From: Felis catus
Lineage: Eukaryota
Length of the DNA: 64,000 bases
Direction: 5' to 3'
Assembly (NCBI RefSeq): GCF_018350175.1
Contig: NC_058368.1
Location: forward strand, 29,390,001 to 29,454,000
Under the pieces are notes generated by a model. The model was not told where the DNA came from, searched no databases, and was given only the letters and a program-made list of their open reading frames with translations. The translations under genes and the position numbers were made by a program. Below, in pieces: positions 36,612 to 49,585 of the stretch (positions are counted from its first letter, which is position 1; each line of letters begins with the position of its first letter).

Positions 36612-39600
36612 GGGCTGGCTGGGAAGATGGTGGGGTAGGAAGACCTTCAGCTTGCCTTGTCCCATGGATACAACCAGATAATAACGTCAGTGTAAATAAC
36701 CAGGCGATCCAAAAATGGGCAGAACAAATTCCACAACTAAAGGCAGAGAGGAGGCCACACTGAAGAAAGCAGAAAAGGCAAAGATGTGGTCTGAGAGTAG
36801 AATGGACTGTGGCCATCTGTGGTGGGGAGAAAGTCAGTAGGTGTGGAGAAGGGCAAAAACTAGACATTTATGCCAGGAGGCCATAAATGCGGAGGATGAA
36901 TCCTCATAACGTTTGTCTTTTAAAGTGAGAGGGATTGAATTTTGTGAGTTCTAACAACCAGTGAGGCTTAAAGCCTAGAATTTTAAAGATAAGAGGGCTC
37001 AGTTCTGGGAGAACCCCGAGGGCATTAGGAAGCTGAGTTTGTGCCCTTAAAGAGACAGCACAGCAAACAACAGGCAGATAGAGCGTAGAACCAGTAGTTT
37101 GAAAAACACCGGGAACAGACAAGAGAGAAAGTGATTTGCTCATTTCACAGCATGGCCCTGAGACTCAGGGCTTGCAAGGAAACTCCAGGAGCAAAGAAGC
37201 TGGCAGGCACCATTTCCCTCCCCTGTCCACTAGCATAAACAATGGCCACCTGAGGGAACCAGTGATGCTGGCAGTCATTACCTACTTTGCTTATACCAAG
37301 CCCCGCTGCACCTACCTCTACACTTTGTGGATCTGCCCTTCCCAGTCACATTTGCCTTAATACCAGAGCTACAGCCCCTCTCCCTGAGAAGTCTGGTGCA
37401 AATCGTGCCAACTCCACATCTCCAGACCCACAGGTTTTGCGAAACCTCAGTTCCTGTGGGGGACAGGTCTCATTTTGCAAGCAGACCACTGTACGCTTTA
37501 AAAGGCTGGGAACCAAATGCTGCCCACAACAGGCAAAGACAGACTCGGCAAACAACTGGACTGAGGGCAAAAGAGGTCAAGACTCACAGAGAACACACAT
37601 AAAGGAAACACTCTCTGAAGTGCTAGGCCCTGGGGAACAGAAGACACTGCACTACAGGGCACTACAGGACCTCTTCTTCATAAGACTATTATTGTTAAGA
37701 AGAAGAGAAGCAGCTGACCTTCCCAACACACGGAAACAACACAGAAAGACAGAATGAGGAAGCAGAGAAACATCTCTCACATTAAAGAATAGAACCAAAC
37801 CACAGCAAGAGAGCTAAGTCAAATGGACAGTAGTAATATGCCTGATAGAGAATTTAAAATAATGATCACAGGGGACATCTGAGTGTCTCAGTCAGCTAAG
37901 TGTCTGACTCTTGATTTCGGCTCAAGTCATGATCTCATAGTTTGTGAGTTTGAGCCCCACATATGGCTCTGCACTGACAGCATGGAGCCTGCTTCGGATT
38001 CTCTCTCTGCCCCTCCTGAGCTCATGTGTGCACCCCCTCTCTTTCAAAATAAATAAATAAACGTTAAAAAAAATAATGATTGGGTTGGCCTGGGCGGTTC
38101 AGTCGGTTAAGCGTCTGACTCTTGCCTTCAGCTCAGGTCATGATCTCACGGTTTCATGACTTCGAGCCCCACGTTGGTCTCTGCACTGACAGTGTGGAGC
38201 CTGCTTGGAATTCTCTCTCTCTACCCCTTCGCCACTCATGCAGTCTCTGTCTCTCTCAAAATACACTTAAAAAAAATCATCAGATGGGGCGCATGGGTGG
38301 CTCAGTCGGTTAAGCGTCCGACTTTGGCTCAGGTCATGATCTTGCAGTTCATGGGTTTGAGGCCCGCATCAGGCTCTGTGCTGACAGCTCAGAGCCTGAA
38401 GCCTACTTCGGATTCTGTGTCTCCCTCTCTCTCTCTGCCCCTCCCCTGCTTATACTGTCTCTTTCAAAAATGAATCAATGTTTAAAAAAAATCATAAAGA
38501 TACTCAATGGACTTGAGAAGAGTGGAGAACATCAATGAGACCCTCAACACAGAGATAAAGAACCAGAGGTCAAGGGTACAAATGTAATTAAAAATACACC
38601 TGAAGGAATAAATAGCAGGCTAGATGAAGCAGAGTAACAAATTAATGACCTGGAAAATAGAGTAATGGAAAGTAACTAAACTGAGCAAAGGAGAGGAAAG
38701 AGAATTATGCAAATTAAGAACAGTCTTAGTGGACTCAGTGACTCCATCAAATGTAATAACATTTATATTATAGGGATCTCAGAAGAAGACAGAGAAAAGG
38801 GGGTAGAAAATTTATTTGAAGAATAATGGCTGAAAAGTTGCCTCATCTGGGGAAGGAAACAGATATCCAGATCCAAGAGGCACAGAGATCTCCCCAAAAA
38901 TTGAATCCAATAAGGTTCACAGCAAGATACATAATAATTGAAATGGCAAAGAGTAGCAATAAAGAAAAAAAAATTAAAAGCAGCAAGAGAAAAGAAAACA
39001 GTTACATAAAAGAGAAAACCCATAAGGCGATCAGTGGATTTTTAGCAGACACTTTCCAGGTCAGAAGGGAGTGATATGAAATATTCAGTGCTGCAAGGGC
39101 AATATCTGCAGCCAAGAATATTCTAATCAGTAAGGCTATCATTTGGAATAGAGGCAGGGACATAGCTTTTCTTTTCTTTTTTTCAAGTTTATTTCTTTAT
39201 TTTGAGAGAAAGAGTGTGAGTAAGGGGGGGAAGGGCAGAGAGAGACGGAGAGAGAAAGATAATCCTAATCAGGCTCTGTATCAGCGGCATAGAGCCCAAC
39301 ACGGGGCTTGAACTCACAAACCGTGAGATGATGACCTGAGCCAAAACCAAGAATCAGACACTTTGACTGAGCCACTCAGGCGCCCCCAGAGTTTTTCAGA
39401 CAAACAAAAACTAAAAAAGTTCATGGCCACTAAACCAACCCCTTAAGAAGTATTAAAGGAGCCTCTCTGGGAATTAAAGACCATAAATCATAGTATGAAA
39501 AGTAAGAAACACAAAAGCAGTAAAATATTTCTGTAAAAAAAAAAATCAAAGGAATCATAAAATAAAAAGATGTAAAATATAACACCATATACTTAAATGG

Positions 39601-42600
39601 GGTAGAGGAATAAAGAAGGGGTTCAAATTTAAGTGACCATCAAGTTAATACAGAATATATGCAGAAGATATAAACCTAATGATAACCACAACTCAAAAAC
39701 CAGTAATAGATATGCAAAGAATAAAGAGAAAGAAATCCAAATGTATTTCTAAGAAAGCAAACAAACCATGACAGGACAAGAAAGGATCAGAGAATAATCT
39801 ACAGAAATAACCAGAAAACAAGTAAAAAATGGCAATAAATACATACTGATGTATTTGAACGTAACGGACTAAATGCCTCAATTAAAAGACACTGGTGACA
39901 GAGTGGATAAAAAACCAAGACCCATTTATATGCTGCTTATAAGAGACTCACTTTAGACCTAAAGACACCTCAAGAATGAAAGTGAGGGATGGAGAAACAT
40001 CTATCATGTAAATGGATGTCAAAAGAAAGCCAAGGTAGCAATACTTATATCAGGCATAACAGACTTTAAAACAAAGACTGTAACAAGAGACAAAGAACAC
40101 TATATAATAATAAAGGGGAAAATCCAATAACAGCTGTAAATATTTATGCACCCAAAATAGAAGCACCAAAATGCATAAAATAGTTAATAGCAAACAAAAA
40201 GGAAGTAATTGAAGGTAATAGATTAATAGATCGATGTCATACCAGGTTATCTTTCCTGAACACAATGGTATGAAACGAGAAATCAACCACAAGAAAAAAT
40301 CTGGAAATAGGGCAAATATATGGAGGTCAAATATCATGCTACTAAACAATGAATGGGTCAAACAAGAAACCAAAGAGGAAATAATAAATTACATGGACAT
40401 AAATGAAAATGAGAACATAATCACCCCAAATCTTTGGGATGAAATGAGCTGTCCTATGAGGGAAGATTACAGCAAAACAGGCCTATGTGAAGAAGCAAGA
40501 GAAGTCTCAAACAACTTAATCTTATGCCTATACCTAAAGAACTAGAAAAAGAACAAACAAAACCCCCAAACAGCAAAGAAAGTAAATAACAAAGCTCAGA
40601 ACAGACATAAATAATATGGAAACTAAAAAAATAACAGGTGAATGAAACCAGGAACTGGTTCTTTGAAAGAGATCAAGGAAATTGATAAATCTCTAGCCAG
40701 ACTCAAAAGAAAAGAGAGGACCTAAATAAACAAAATCAATAATAGGAGAAATAACCAACACCACAGAAATACAAACAATTGTAATAATACTATGAAAACC
40801 TACATACTAACAAATCAACTTAGAAGAAATGGATAATTCACAGAAACATATAAGCTATTAAAATTAAATGAAGAAAAATAAAAAAAAACTGAGCAGACCA
40901 GTTACAAGCTATGAAATTGAATCAGTAATCAGAAAACTTCCAAAAAACAAAAAGTCTAGAACCAGATGGCTTCATGGGTGAATTCTACCAACTGTATAAA
41001 AAAGAGTTAATACCTATTCTTTTCAAACTACTTCAAAAAATACAAGAAGGAAAACTTTCAAATTCATTCACTGTAATACCAGAACCAATAAAGACACCAC
41101 AAAAAAAGAGAACTACAGACCAGTATCTCTCATGAACATACATGCAAAAATTTTCTGCAAAGTATTAGCAAACTGAATCCAACAACATATTAACAATCAT
41201 ACACCACAATCAAGTGGGATTTATTCTCGGAATGAAAAAGTGGTTTAATATTTGTAAAACAATCAACGTGATATGTCACTTCAAAAGATAAAGGATAAAA
41301 AACATATGACTAAGTACAACATCCATGTATGTATACAAAATCCTTTGCAATACAGGTGTAGAGGGAATATAACTCAATTTAACAAAAGCCTTATATGAAA
41401 AACCCTTAGCCAACATCATACTCAACAAAAAACTGAGAGCTTTTCCCCTAAGGTCAACAACATGACAAGGATGTCATGTCACAACTTTTATTCAGCACAG
41501 TACTGAAAGTCCTAGCCAAAGCAATTAGACAACAAAGAAATAAAAGGCATCCAAATTGGGAAGGAAGAAGTAAAACTGTCATTATGTGGAGACAATATAC
41601 TATACATACAAAACTAGCCTAAAGACTGATAAATTAACTCAGTAAAGTTGCAGGATATAAATCACTGTATAGAATCTGCTGCATTCCAATACACTAATAA
41701 TGAAGTAGCAGAAAGTGAAATTAAGACAACAATCCCAGTTATAATTATACCCCAAACAATAAAATATCTGCTTAACTGAAGAGGTGAAATACCTATACTC
41801 TGAAAACTATGAAACACTGAAGAAAGAAATTCGTGACAATGCAAAATGGAAAGACATTCTATGTTCATGGGTTGGAGGAACAAATACTGTTGTCTTTAGT
41901 GAGAATATGTCTTTATCACTTAAAGCAATCTACAGATTTAATGCAATCCCTATCAAAATACCAATAGCATTTTTCACAGAACTAGAACGAACAATCTTAA
42001 AATTTGTATGGAACCACAAAAGACCTTAAATAGCCAAAGCAGTCTTGAAAAAGAAAAACAAAACTGGAGGTATCACAATTCCTGATTTCAAGTTACATTA
42101 TGAAGTGGTAGTAATTAAAACAGTAATGGTACTGGTATAAAAACAGACACAGATCAAAAGAATAGAATAGAAAAGCCAGAAATAAACCCACAATTATATG
42201 GTCAATTAATCTTCGACAAAGGAGGAATGAATATACAATGGAAAAAAGTCTCTTCAATAAATGGTGTTGGAAGAACTGGATAGCTACATGCAAAAGAATG
42301 AAACTGGACCACTTTCTTACACCATACACAGAAATAAATTCAAAATGGATTAAACACCTAAATGTGAGACATGAAACCATAAAAATCCTTGAAGAGAGCA
42401 TAGGCAGTACGGTCTCTGACATCAGCCATAGGAACATTTTTCTAGATATATCTCCTAAAAGAAGGAAGGGAAACAAAAGCAAAAATAAACTACTGGGACT
42501 ACATCAAAATAAAATGTTTCTGCACAGTGAAGGAAACAATCAACACAACAGGAAGACAACCTACCAAATGGGAGAAGATATTTGCAAATGATATATCCAA

Positions 42601-42976
42601 TAAACGGTAGGTATATCCAAAATATATAAAGAACTGATACAACTCAACACCCAAAAAAAGAAATAATCCAATTAAAAAATGGGCATTACGACATCTCTCT
42701 GAAGACATCCAGATGGCCACTGGACATACGAAAGGATGCTCAACATCACTGATCAACAGGGAAATGCAAATTAAAGCCACAAAGAGACATCACCTCACAT
42801 CTGTCAGAATGTCTAAAATTAGAAATATAAGAAAAAACAAGTGTTGGCAAGGATGTGGAGAAAAGGAACCCTTGTGCACTGCTGGTGGGAATGCAAACTG
42901 GCACAGCCACTATGGGAAAACAGTATGGAGATTCCTCAAAAAAAAAAACAGAACTACCCTAGGATCCAGTAATCCC
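36612..42976 (+). mobile_element. LINE-1 with 5'UTR, ORF1 and most of ORF2, lacking its own 3' end; inserted at the ERV PPT/3' LTR junction
   Basis: 5' end ...GGGAAGATGG at about 36620; ORF1 piece 38826-39074; ORF2 pieces 40234-40545, 41784-42029 and 42238-42591. Homology stops at ...gaactaccctaggatccagtaatcc. Confidence 0.9.
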
Positions 42977-43362
42977 TTAAATCCATTCTCCCTTTATTCC
43001 CTAGTATTAGGGTATTAGCTGGACACATGGCTTCTCAAGACTATATTTTGGAGCCTTTCCTGCAGTTAGGTATGCCCAGCCATGTAAACTAAGTTCAATT
43101 CATGGGTCTTCGGAGTCTTGGCCTTACAACACTGGATGTGTCTTCCACCACTCTTTTTCCTTTCTCAGGGGAGAAACATGGATATGGTGGTGACCCAGTT
43201 TTGACAATCCAACAGACAACATCTTGGAGAATGGCAGAACAACAAGATGGAAAGAACCTGCATCACTGAATGATTTTATGGAATACAGATACTTACCTGC
43301 TCTGAATCACCTTTGATCTCTGCATATTACAGAAAAAAATATACTTCTGTCTTATTTGAGTC
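42977..43362 (+). mobile_element. MLT1J/H-like MaLR LTR fragment followed by an A14 tail (43363-43376)
   Basis: aatccattctccc...ggacacatggc...ttcctgcagttagg...aacaagatggaaagaacctg...gaaaaaaatatacttctgtcttatttgagtc matches my recollection of the MLT1 LTR layout. Confidence 0.65.
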
Positions 43363-43389
43363 AAAAAAAAAAAAAAGTGGGGAGAAGGA

Positions 43390-43846
43390 TATGACAATTA
43401 ATAAAAGGACACTTCATTTAGAATGGAGTCAGGAGGCCAGCAGGGGGAACTTTCACACCCTTCCACTCCCCAGGGAGTGGTACCCTACAGGAAGAGAACA
43501 AGGATACCACTTTAGTATCCCAGTAGGAGGAAGGCTTTCTTTCTCTATCCCCACCCCTGCAACAACAGTCCAGCCAATGAGAGACCATCACAACCCAGTC
43601 AATGAAAAGCCACTATACTTCCAAGTTCCCACTTTATTCTAATGGATTTTTTTTTTTGTTGTTGTTTGTTTATAACAGACTTCCCAGTATCTTTCTTCTA
43701 CAAAAGAGCATTTCTCTCTTTTGTTCTGTGGACTTGCCTATGGTTTTGCCATAGTTTGCTAGTCCTGGAATGCAATTCTCTGCTATTCCCGAATAAACCC
43801 ATTTTTGTTGGTAAAATAACTGGCAGTTTTATTTTTAAGGTTAACA
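43390..43846 (+). mobile_element. 3' LTR of the provirus
   Basis: Homologous to 16650-17340 (catttagaatggagtcagg... cagccaatgag... gaataaacc... ggtaaaataactggcagttttattttt); ends in ...gttaaCA. Confidence 0.88.
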
Positions 43847-45480
43847 AAAACAAATACTCTCCTGGAAAACCACCAAATCAAAAACTGAGCAAAAATACAA
43901 TACTAAACTATTCCATAAACCATGAAATTACGGAACCTTCATTCAAAGTTTATGCAATATATGGGCATAACTATATTCAGAGATCGAACAACTTTAACTG
44001 TTTTGGTTAAGAAACAAAAACATCCCTTTCTCATGCCCTGTCAACAGTCTAAGTGTTTATCTGAAGAAAGAACAAAAATAAAGAAACTTAAGAAAAGTCA
44101 GGGTAACAAAATTAGAAAAATAAAAGTAAAAATGGATAAACAGAAAATCCATTAACAACTAGAAGCATAATAAAATAGACAATTAAAAACAAGAGCTGAT
44201 TCATTAAGTAAAAATGTATCCTTTAGTGGAGACCTAAGCTTCTGCTCCCCCATAAAATGATCAACAAATAGAGAGCTATATGTAAACAAAAACAGCTCTG
44301 GGAGAACTCTGGAGTCCTCTTAAGATATTTTAGCAGCACAAAAAAAACCTTGAGAATTGCAAAAGAGAAGGTTCTTTCTCTTCATGTTGCCTGTATCATT
44401 TCATTTGCCAAGGTGACATTGATCAGAGTCAAGAGGAAACTTCCCAGCTAGAAAGTTCCTTTCACCAGGGTATCAAGAGAGGAGTGAGTGACCACCTTAT
44501 CTAGCCTTTTGGGGTACTGCAGGAAGTACTTCAGTTTCACTTCAGACTCGCAAAGCTGAGATGTACTGAGATGGATAGGAACAAGGAAAAAAGGCAGGGT
44601 CTACCAAGAACAGTCATGCAGCAGGAGTGACTGTGGTTCACGGTGACCTGCTTTACAAACTCAGCAGCTTTTGCCACTGAAGAACGAACCAATGGCTCCT
44701 ACTTCTAACTAAATAGCACAACTACTCCAGACTTTCACCAGGTATTTCACCCAAGAGGTATTAGCTTTCCCTGATGCCAACTGCCTGAGTCCCTCCACCC
44801 CTGCCTCTGCCAGAGCCTGGAACCACACTAACTGCCAGCTCAGGCCTCTGTGCAAGTGCAAGATGCCAGTGTAGACATCTGTGGCTGACCCCCCCACTGC
44901 TATTTGTACACTTAGGGCTAGCTGTGCATTTAAATGTTGCCACCCTGGGGCGCCTGGGTGTCTAAGTTAAGCATCTGACTCTTGATTTTGGTTCAGGTCA
45001 TGATCTCACAGTTTGTGAGTTCGAGCCCCGAATTGGGCTCTGTACTGACAGCATGAAGCCTGCTTAGGATTCTGTGTCTCCTCTCCCTCCCCTTCCCTGC
45101 ATGCTCTCTCTCTCTCAAAAATAATTTAAAAAATTTAAAAAAAAAATGGGGCCACCCTAACACCCATTACCAGTCTCTACTGAAATGTGCACACCAGGGA
45201 CAGGTGAAGGCACTACAGCACAGGAGATCATGCTAACAGCTAGGTCCCCTGAAGCTGCTTCTGGATCTGAATCAAGCCTTATCTTCTGTCACTGGCCTGC
45301 TTGATCATGCTCATCTGTAGCCAGTTCCTCTAGCTGCACACCTGTATACCCTAGCCCAACCCCTGACACCAGCTTCCACTGCAGTGTATATGTATATGTA
45401 TAATGTATGCATCATTAGAATCTCAGAAGGAAAAGGGAGGGAGAAAGGATTACAAAGCTTATTTAAAGCAATAATGGCTG

Positions 45481-48450
45481 GAGGACTTAGGGGAATATGG
45501 CAGAGTAGGATGATTCTTAGCTTACCTTGTCCCATACAACTAGATAACATCCACATCAGTGTAAACAACCCAGAAAATGACCCAAAGCCTGGCAGAACAG
45601 ACTCTCCACAGTTAAATGTAGAGAAGAGGCCACATCAAACAGAGTAGGAAGGATGGAGAGACACGGTCAGACTGGCAAGACTACGGAAGGGAGGGATGCT
45701 GTGGGCGTGGAGAAGGTAGAGAGACACTCACTCCAGGCATAGGGAACCTGCCCTGGGAAGATGAATCCCTGTAACATTTGGCTTTTGAAAACCAGGGGGG
45801 CCTAATTTCACAAGTTCTTACAATCAGTGGGCTTAACATCTGAACTTTAAAAATCAGCAAGCCTGGCTGTGGGAGAGCTGGAGGTCAACAGGAAAACTGA
45901 GCCCCCACCTTTAAAGAGACAGCACAACAAATAGCCCTGCACCGAGAAAAAGCACAGAAGCAGCAGATGGAAAAATGTGTGGCATATATAGGAAAGAGCC
46001 TTATTTACTAGTTTTAGAGCATGTGCTAGAGGACTAGGGATCTTTTGGTGGGGCAGGGATCTTTAGGAGACTTTTCTAGGAACAAAGAAGGTGGCAGGTA
46101 CCATTTCCCTCCCTTACACCCCCAGCCTAGCCACATGGATACTGTGGGAATCAGTGTGGTGCTGATACTTTCCTCCTTCTACGACCTGCCCCCTGACCCA
46201 GCAGGGCTCCTCCTGTAGCGGATCAGTATAAATTTTGCTGGCACTGAGCCCCACCACTGCTCTCTCCTGAGGACTGGTCCCCTCCAGCCCTGTGGTAATA
46301 GTTTCCTAAAGTGGCTCCAGGTCTCCTACCACAACAGACCTACAAAACCTTGTTAACACTGCGCCCCTGCCCCTGTATTCTCTCAAAGACCGAGCCCCCT
46401 CCAATATGCCCTTGGCTTAAGTACATCCAAAGTAGTGCCTCAAGCCTGACAGTAAGCAAGCAGCTCTTGACAGGGACCAGCCCTTGACTCCTCACCTGCC
46501 CTGAGGATAAGATAACCAGACACACCAGCCCTACGGCAGCCCTAGCAGCAGGCTGTGGGCAGACACTAGGTCTGACTGCAGGCCCCGCCCATCAACGAAA
46601 GCTTCTCAGATGACAACATAGGGAAAGTACCCTGCATTTTGCTGCTACCCAACCTCTGGTAAATGTCTGGTCTGACTCAACTCAGGCCCAAGGCAGCCCC
46701 AGACTGGCTCACTTATGACACATGAATGAAACCCTGCCCCCAACAGGCAAACAGAGCCACTGCAGGTGACTGTTCTGAAGGCAAACTGCTCAGCCACAGC
46801 AGTAGGGTGCACACAACACACATAAGAGACACCCTTGAAGTGTCAGTTTCTGGTGAACAGGAGGCCACTGCACTGCAGGGTACTACAGAACCTTTTCTTA
46901 AGGCCACTACTTTCAAGAGCAGGAGATGTAGCTGACTGTCCTAACATACAGAAATAGACAGAGAGAGTTAGAGAAAATGAGTAGACAGACAAATATGTCC
47001 CAAATGAAAGTAGAGGACAAAATAACAAGAGAGCTAAAAAAAATGGATAATATGCCTCACAGAGAACTTAAACGTAATTGTCATAAAGATACTGGACTTG
47101 AGAAAAGAGTGGAGGACCTCAGTGAGACCCTTGAAAAAAAGACTGAAATCATAAAAAAGAACCAATGGGAAATGAAGAACTCAATAAATAAAATTAAAAA
47201 AACACTAAAGGGAATAAATAGTAGAGGAAGCAGAAGAATAGATCAGTGACCTGGAAGACGTAACAGAAAGCAATCAAGCTGAACAGGAGAGACAGGGGGG
47301 AAAAATGTAAATAGACTTAAGGAACTTGGTGACACTATCCAGTATAACATTCACATTATAGGGTTTCCTGAAGACGAGGAGAGAGAAAGGGGGGCAGAAA
47401 ATTTATTTGAAGAAATAATAGCTGAAAACTTCCCTGAATTTGGGGAAGGAAACAGAAATCCATATCCAAGAGGCACAAAGAGCCCCCAACAAAATCAACC
47501 CGAGGAGGTCCACACCCAGACACACAGTAATTAAAACAGCAAAAAGTAGTGATAGAGAATTTTAAAGGTAGCAAGAGAAAACAGTTACATACAAGGGAGA
47601 CAAAATAAGGCTTTCAGCAAATTTTTCAGTAGAAACTTTGCAGGATGGGATGGAGTGGCACAATATATTCAAAATGCTGAAAGAAAAACACCCTGCAATC
47701 AATATTCTATTCAGAAATGCTATCATTCAGAATAGGAGAGATAAAGCATTTCCCAAAGTTAAGGAATTCACCACCACCATTGAATTCATCACCATTAAGG
47801 AATTCATCACTATCCCTACAAGAAATGTTAAGGTGGGGAGGTGCCTGGATGGCTCAGTTGATAGAGCATGCGATCTGAAGGTTGTGAGCTTGAGCCCCAC
47901 ATTGGGTGTGGAGCCTACTTAAAACAAACAAACAAACAAACAAACAAAGAAGTGTTAAAGGAAATTTTTTGAGTGGAAAGACCATAAGTAGGAGTAAGAA
48001 AAGCAGGAAGCACAAAAGCAGTAAGATTTGGTATATCTATATAAACCAGTCAAGGGATTCACAAAATAAAAGCATGTAAATAAAGTATGACACCATATAT
48101 CTTGAATGTGAGGGAATGGCGGGGGAGTAGAATAAATGAATTAGAGAAAGACAAATAGCACATGATTTCACTTATACGTGGAATCAAAACAAATGAACAA
48201 AGAACAAAAAAGACAAAGGAAAAAACACTCTTAACTACAGAGAACCTGATGATTACAGAGGAGAGGAGTGGGGGGGATGGGTGAAACAGGTGAAGGGGAT
48301 TAAGAGTACATTGATCATGTGAGCACTGAGTAATGTATAGAATAATTATTGAATCACTATATTGTAAACCTGAAACTAATAGAACACTGTATATTAACTG
48401 TATTGGAGTTAAAGAAAAATAAACGAAGGGGTATTATCAGAAATAAGTTA
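45481..48450 (+). mobile_element. ORF2-less LINE-1 derivative (5'UTR + ORF1 + 3'UTR)
   Basis: 5'UTR homologous to those at 36612 and 11806; ORF1 pieces from 46977; jumps to the 3'UTR at about 48135; degenerate TSD aataatgg(c/g)tg. Confidence 0.75.
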
Positions 48451-49585
48451 AAAAATAATGGGTGAAAACTTACCAAATGTAGGGAAAGATCTGTACATCT
48501 AAGTTGAAGCTAACCAGTCACCTAAAAGTTTCAATCCAAAAAGATCTTCTCTAAGACACACTTTAATAAACGTAAAATCAAAAATGAAGAGAGAATTTTA
48601 AAAACAGCAAGAAAAAAAATTTCTCTCATATAAGGGAATTCCATAAGGCTATCAGTAGATCTCAGCAGAAACCTTGTAAGCCAGAAAAGAGATGGTATAT
48701 TCAAACTGCTGAAAGAAATAAACTGGAAAACAAGAATACCCAGCTAAACTCTCCTTCAGAAATGAAGGTGAGATAAATACTTTCTTTAATTAAAAAACAA
48801 AACACAACCAAAACTCAGGATATTTATCACCACTAAAGTGGTGCTGTGCTGTAAGCAGTTCTTTAAGCTTAAATAAAAGCTTAAGCTACTAATTACTAAC
48901 ATGAAAATATATGAAAACATACAAAACAATGGTAAAGGTAAGCATATAGTCAGATTCAGTATACTCTAATATCATAATATGATGGTGTGTTAAACTCAGC
49001 TCTAGTATAAGGGTTAAAGGACAAATACAATTAAAAATAGTGCCTGGGTGTCTTAGTCGGTAAAGCCGACTGACTCTTGATTTCAGCTCAGGTCATAATC
49101 TCAGGGTTGTGGGGTTGAGTCCCACGCTGGGCTCTGTACTGAGCCTGGAGTCTGTTTGGGATTCTGTCTCTTTCTCTCCAATAAAAACAAAACAAAACAA
49201 AACAAAACAAAACAAAACAAAACGAAACAAAACCCCAGTTATAGTGTAAACAATTGTTAATGGATACACAACACATAAAGGTATAAATTGTGACATCAAA
49301 AACCATAAAAGGAGGGTATGAATAAAAAGATACTTTTTGTATGTGATTGAAGTTTTTATCAGTATAAAGTACTCTATAATATGTATAAAATTTTTAATAA
49401 AAACACCATAGTAATTACAAAACAAAAACCTAAAGTAGATTCACAAAAGATAAAGAGAAGGGAAGCAAGGCATATTACTATGAATTCAGAAAGGAAAGCA
49501 GCAAGAGTGGGGGTGGGAAAAGGAACAACAAAATAGCCAAAAAACAATTATATATTAAATTCTCCAATCAAAGATTAAGAATGCT

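Larger units (their letters stand above)
16650..43846 (+). mobile_element. Decayed class I (ERV1/gamma-like) provirus, LTR-gag-pro-pol-env remnant-LTR, split by three L1s and many SINEs
   Basis: Two homologous LTRs, a PBS, gag/pro/RT/RNase H/IN motifs in the correct order, a PPT, and AAAA on both flanks (16646-16649 and 43847-43850). Confidence 0.85.

Noticed and set aside
47761..47815. Triplicated gaattcatcacca motif (EFTTT/EFITI/EFITI)
   Set aside because: Local slippage at the end of a dead L1 ORF1; no sign of function.
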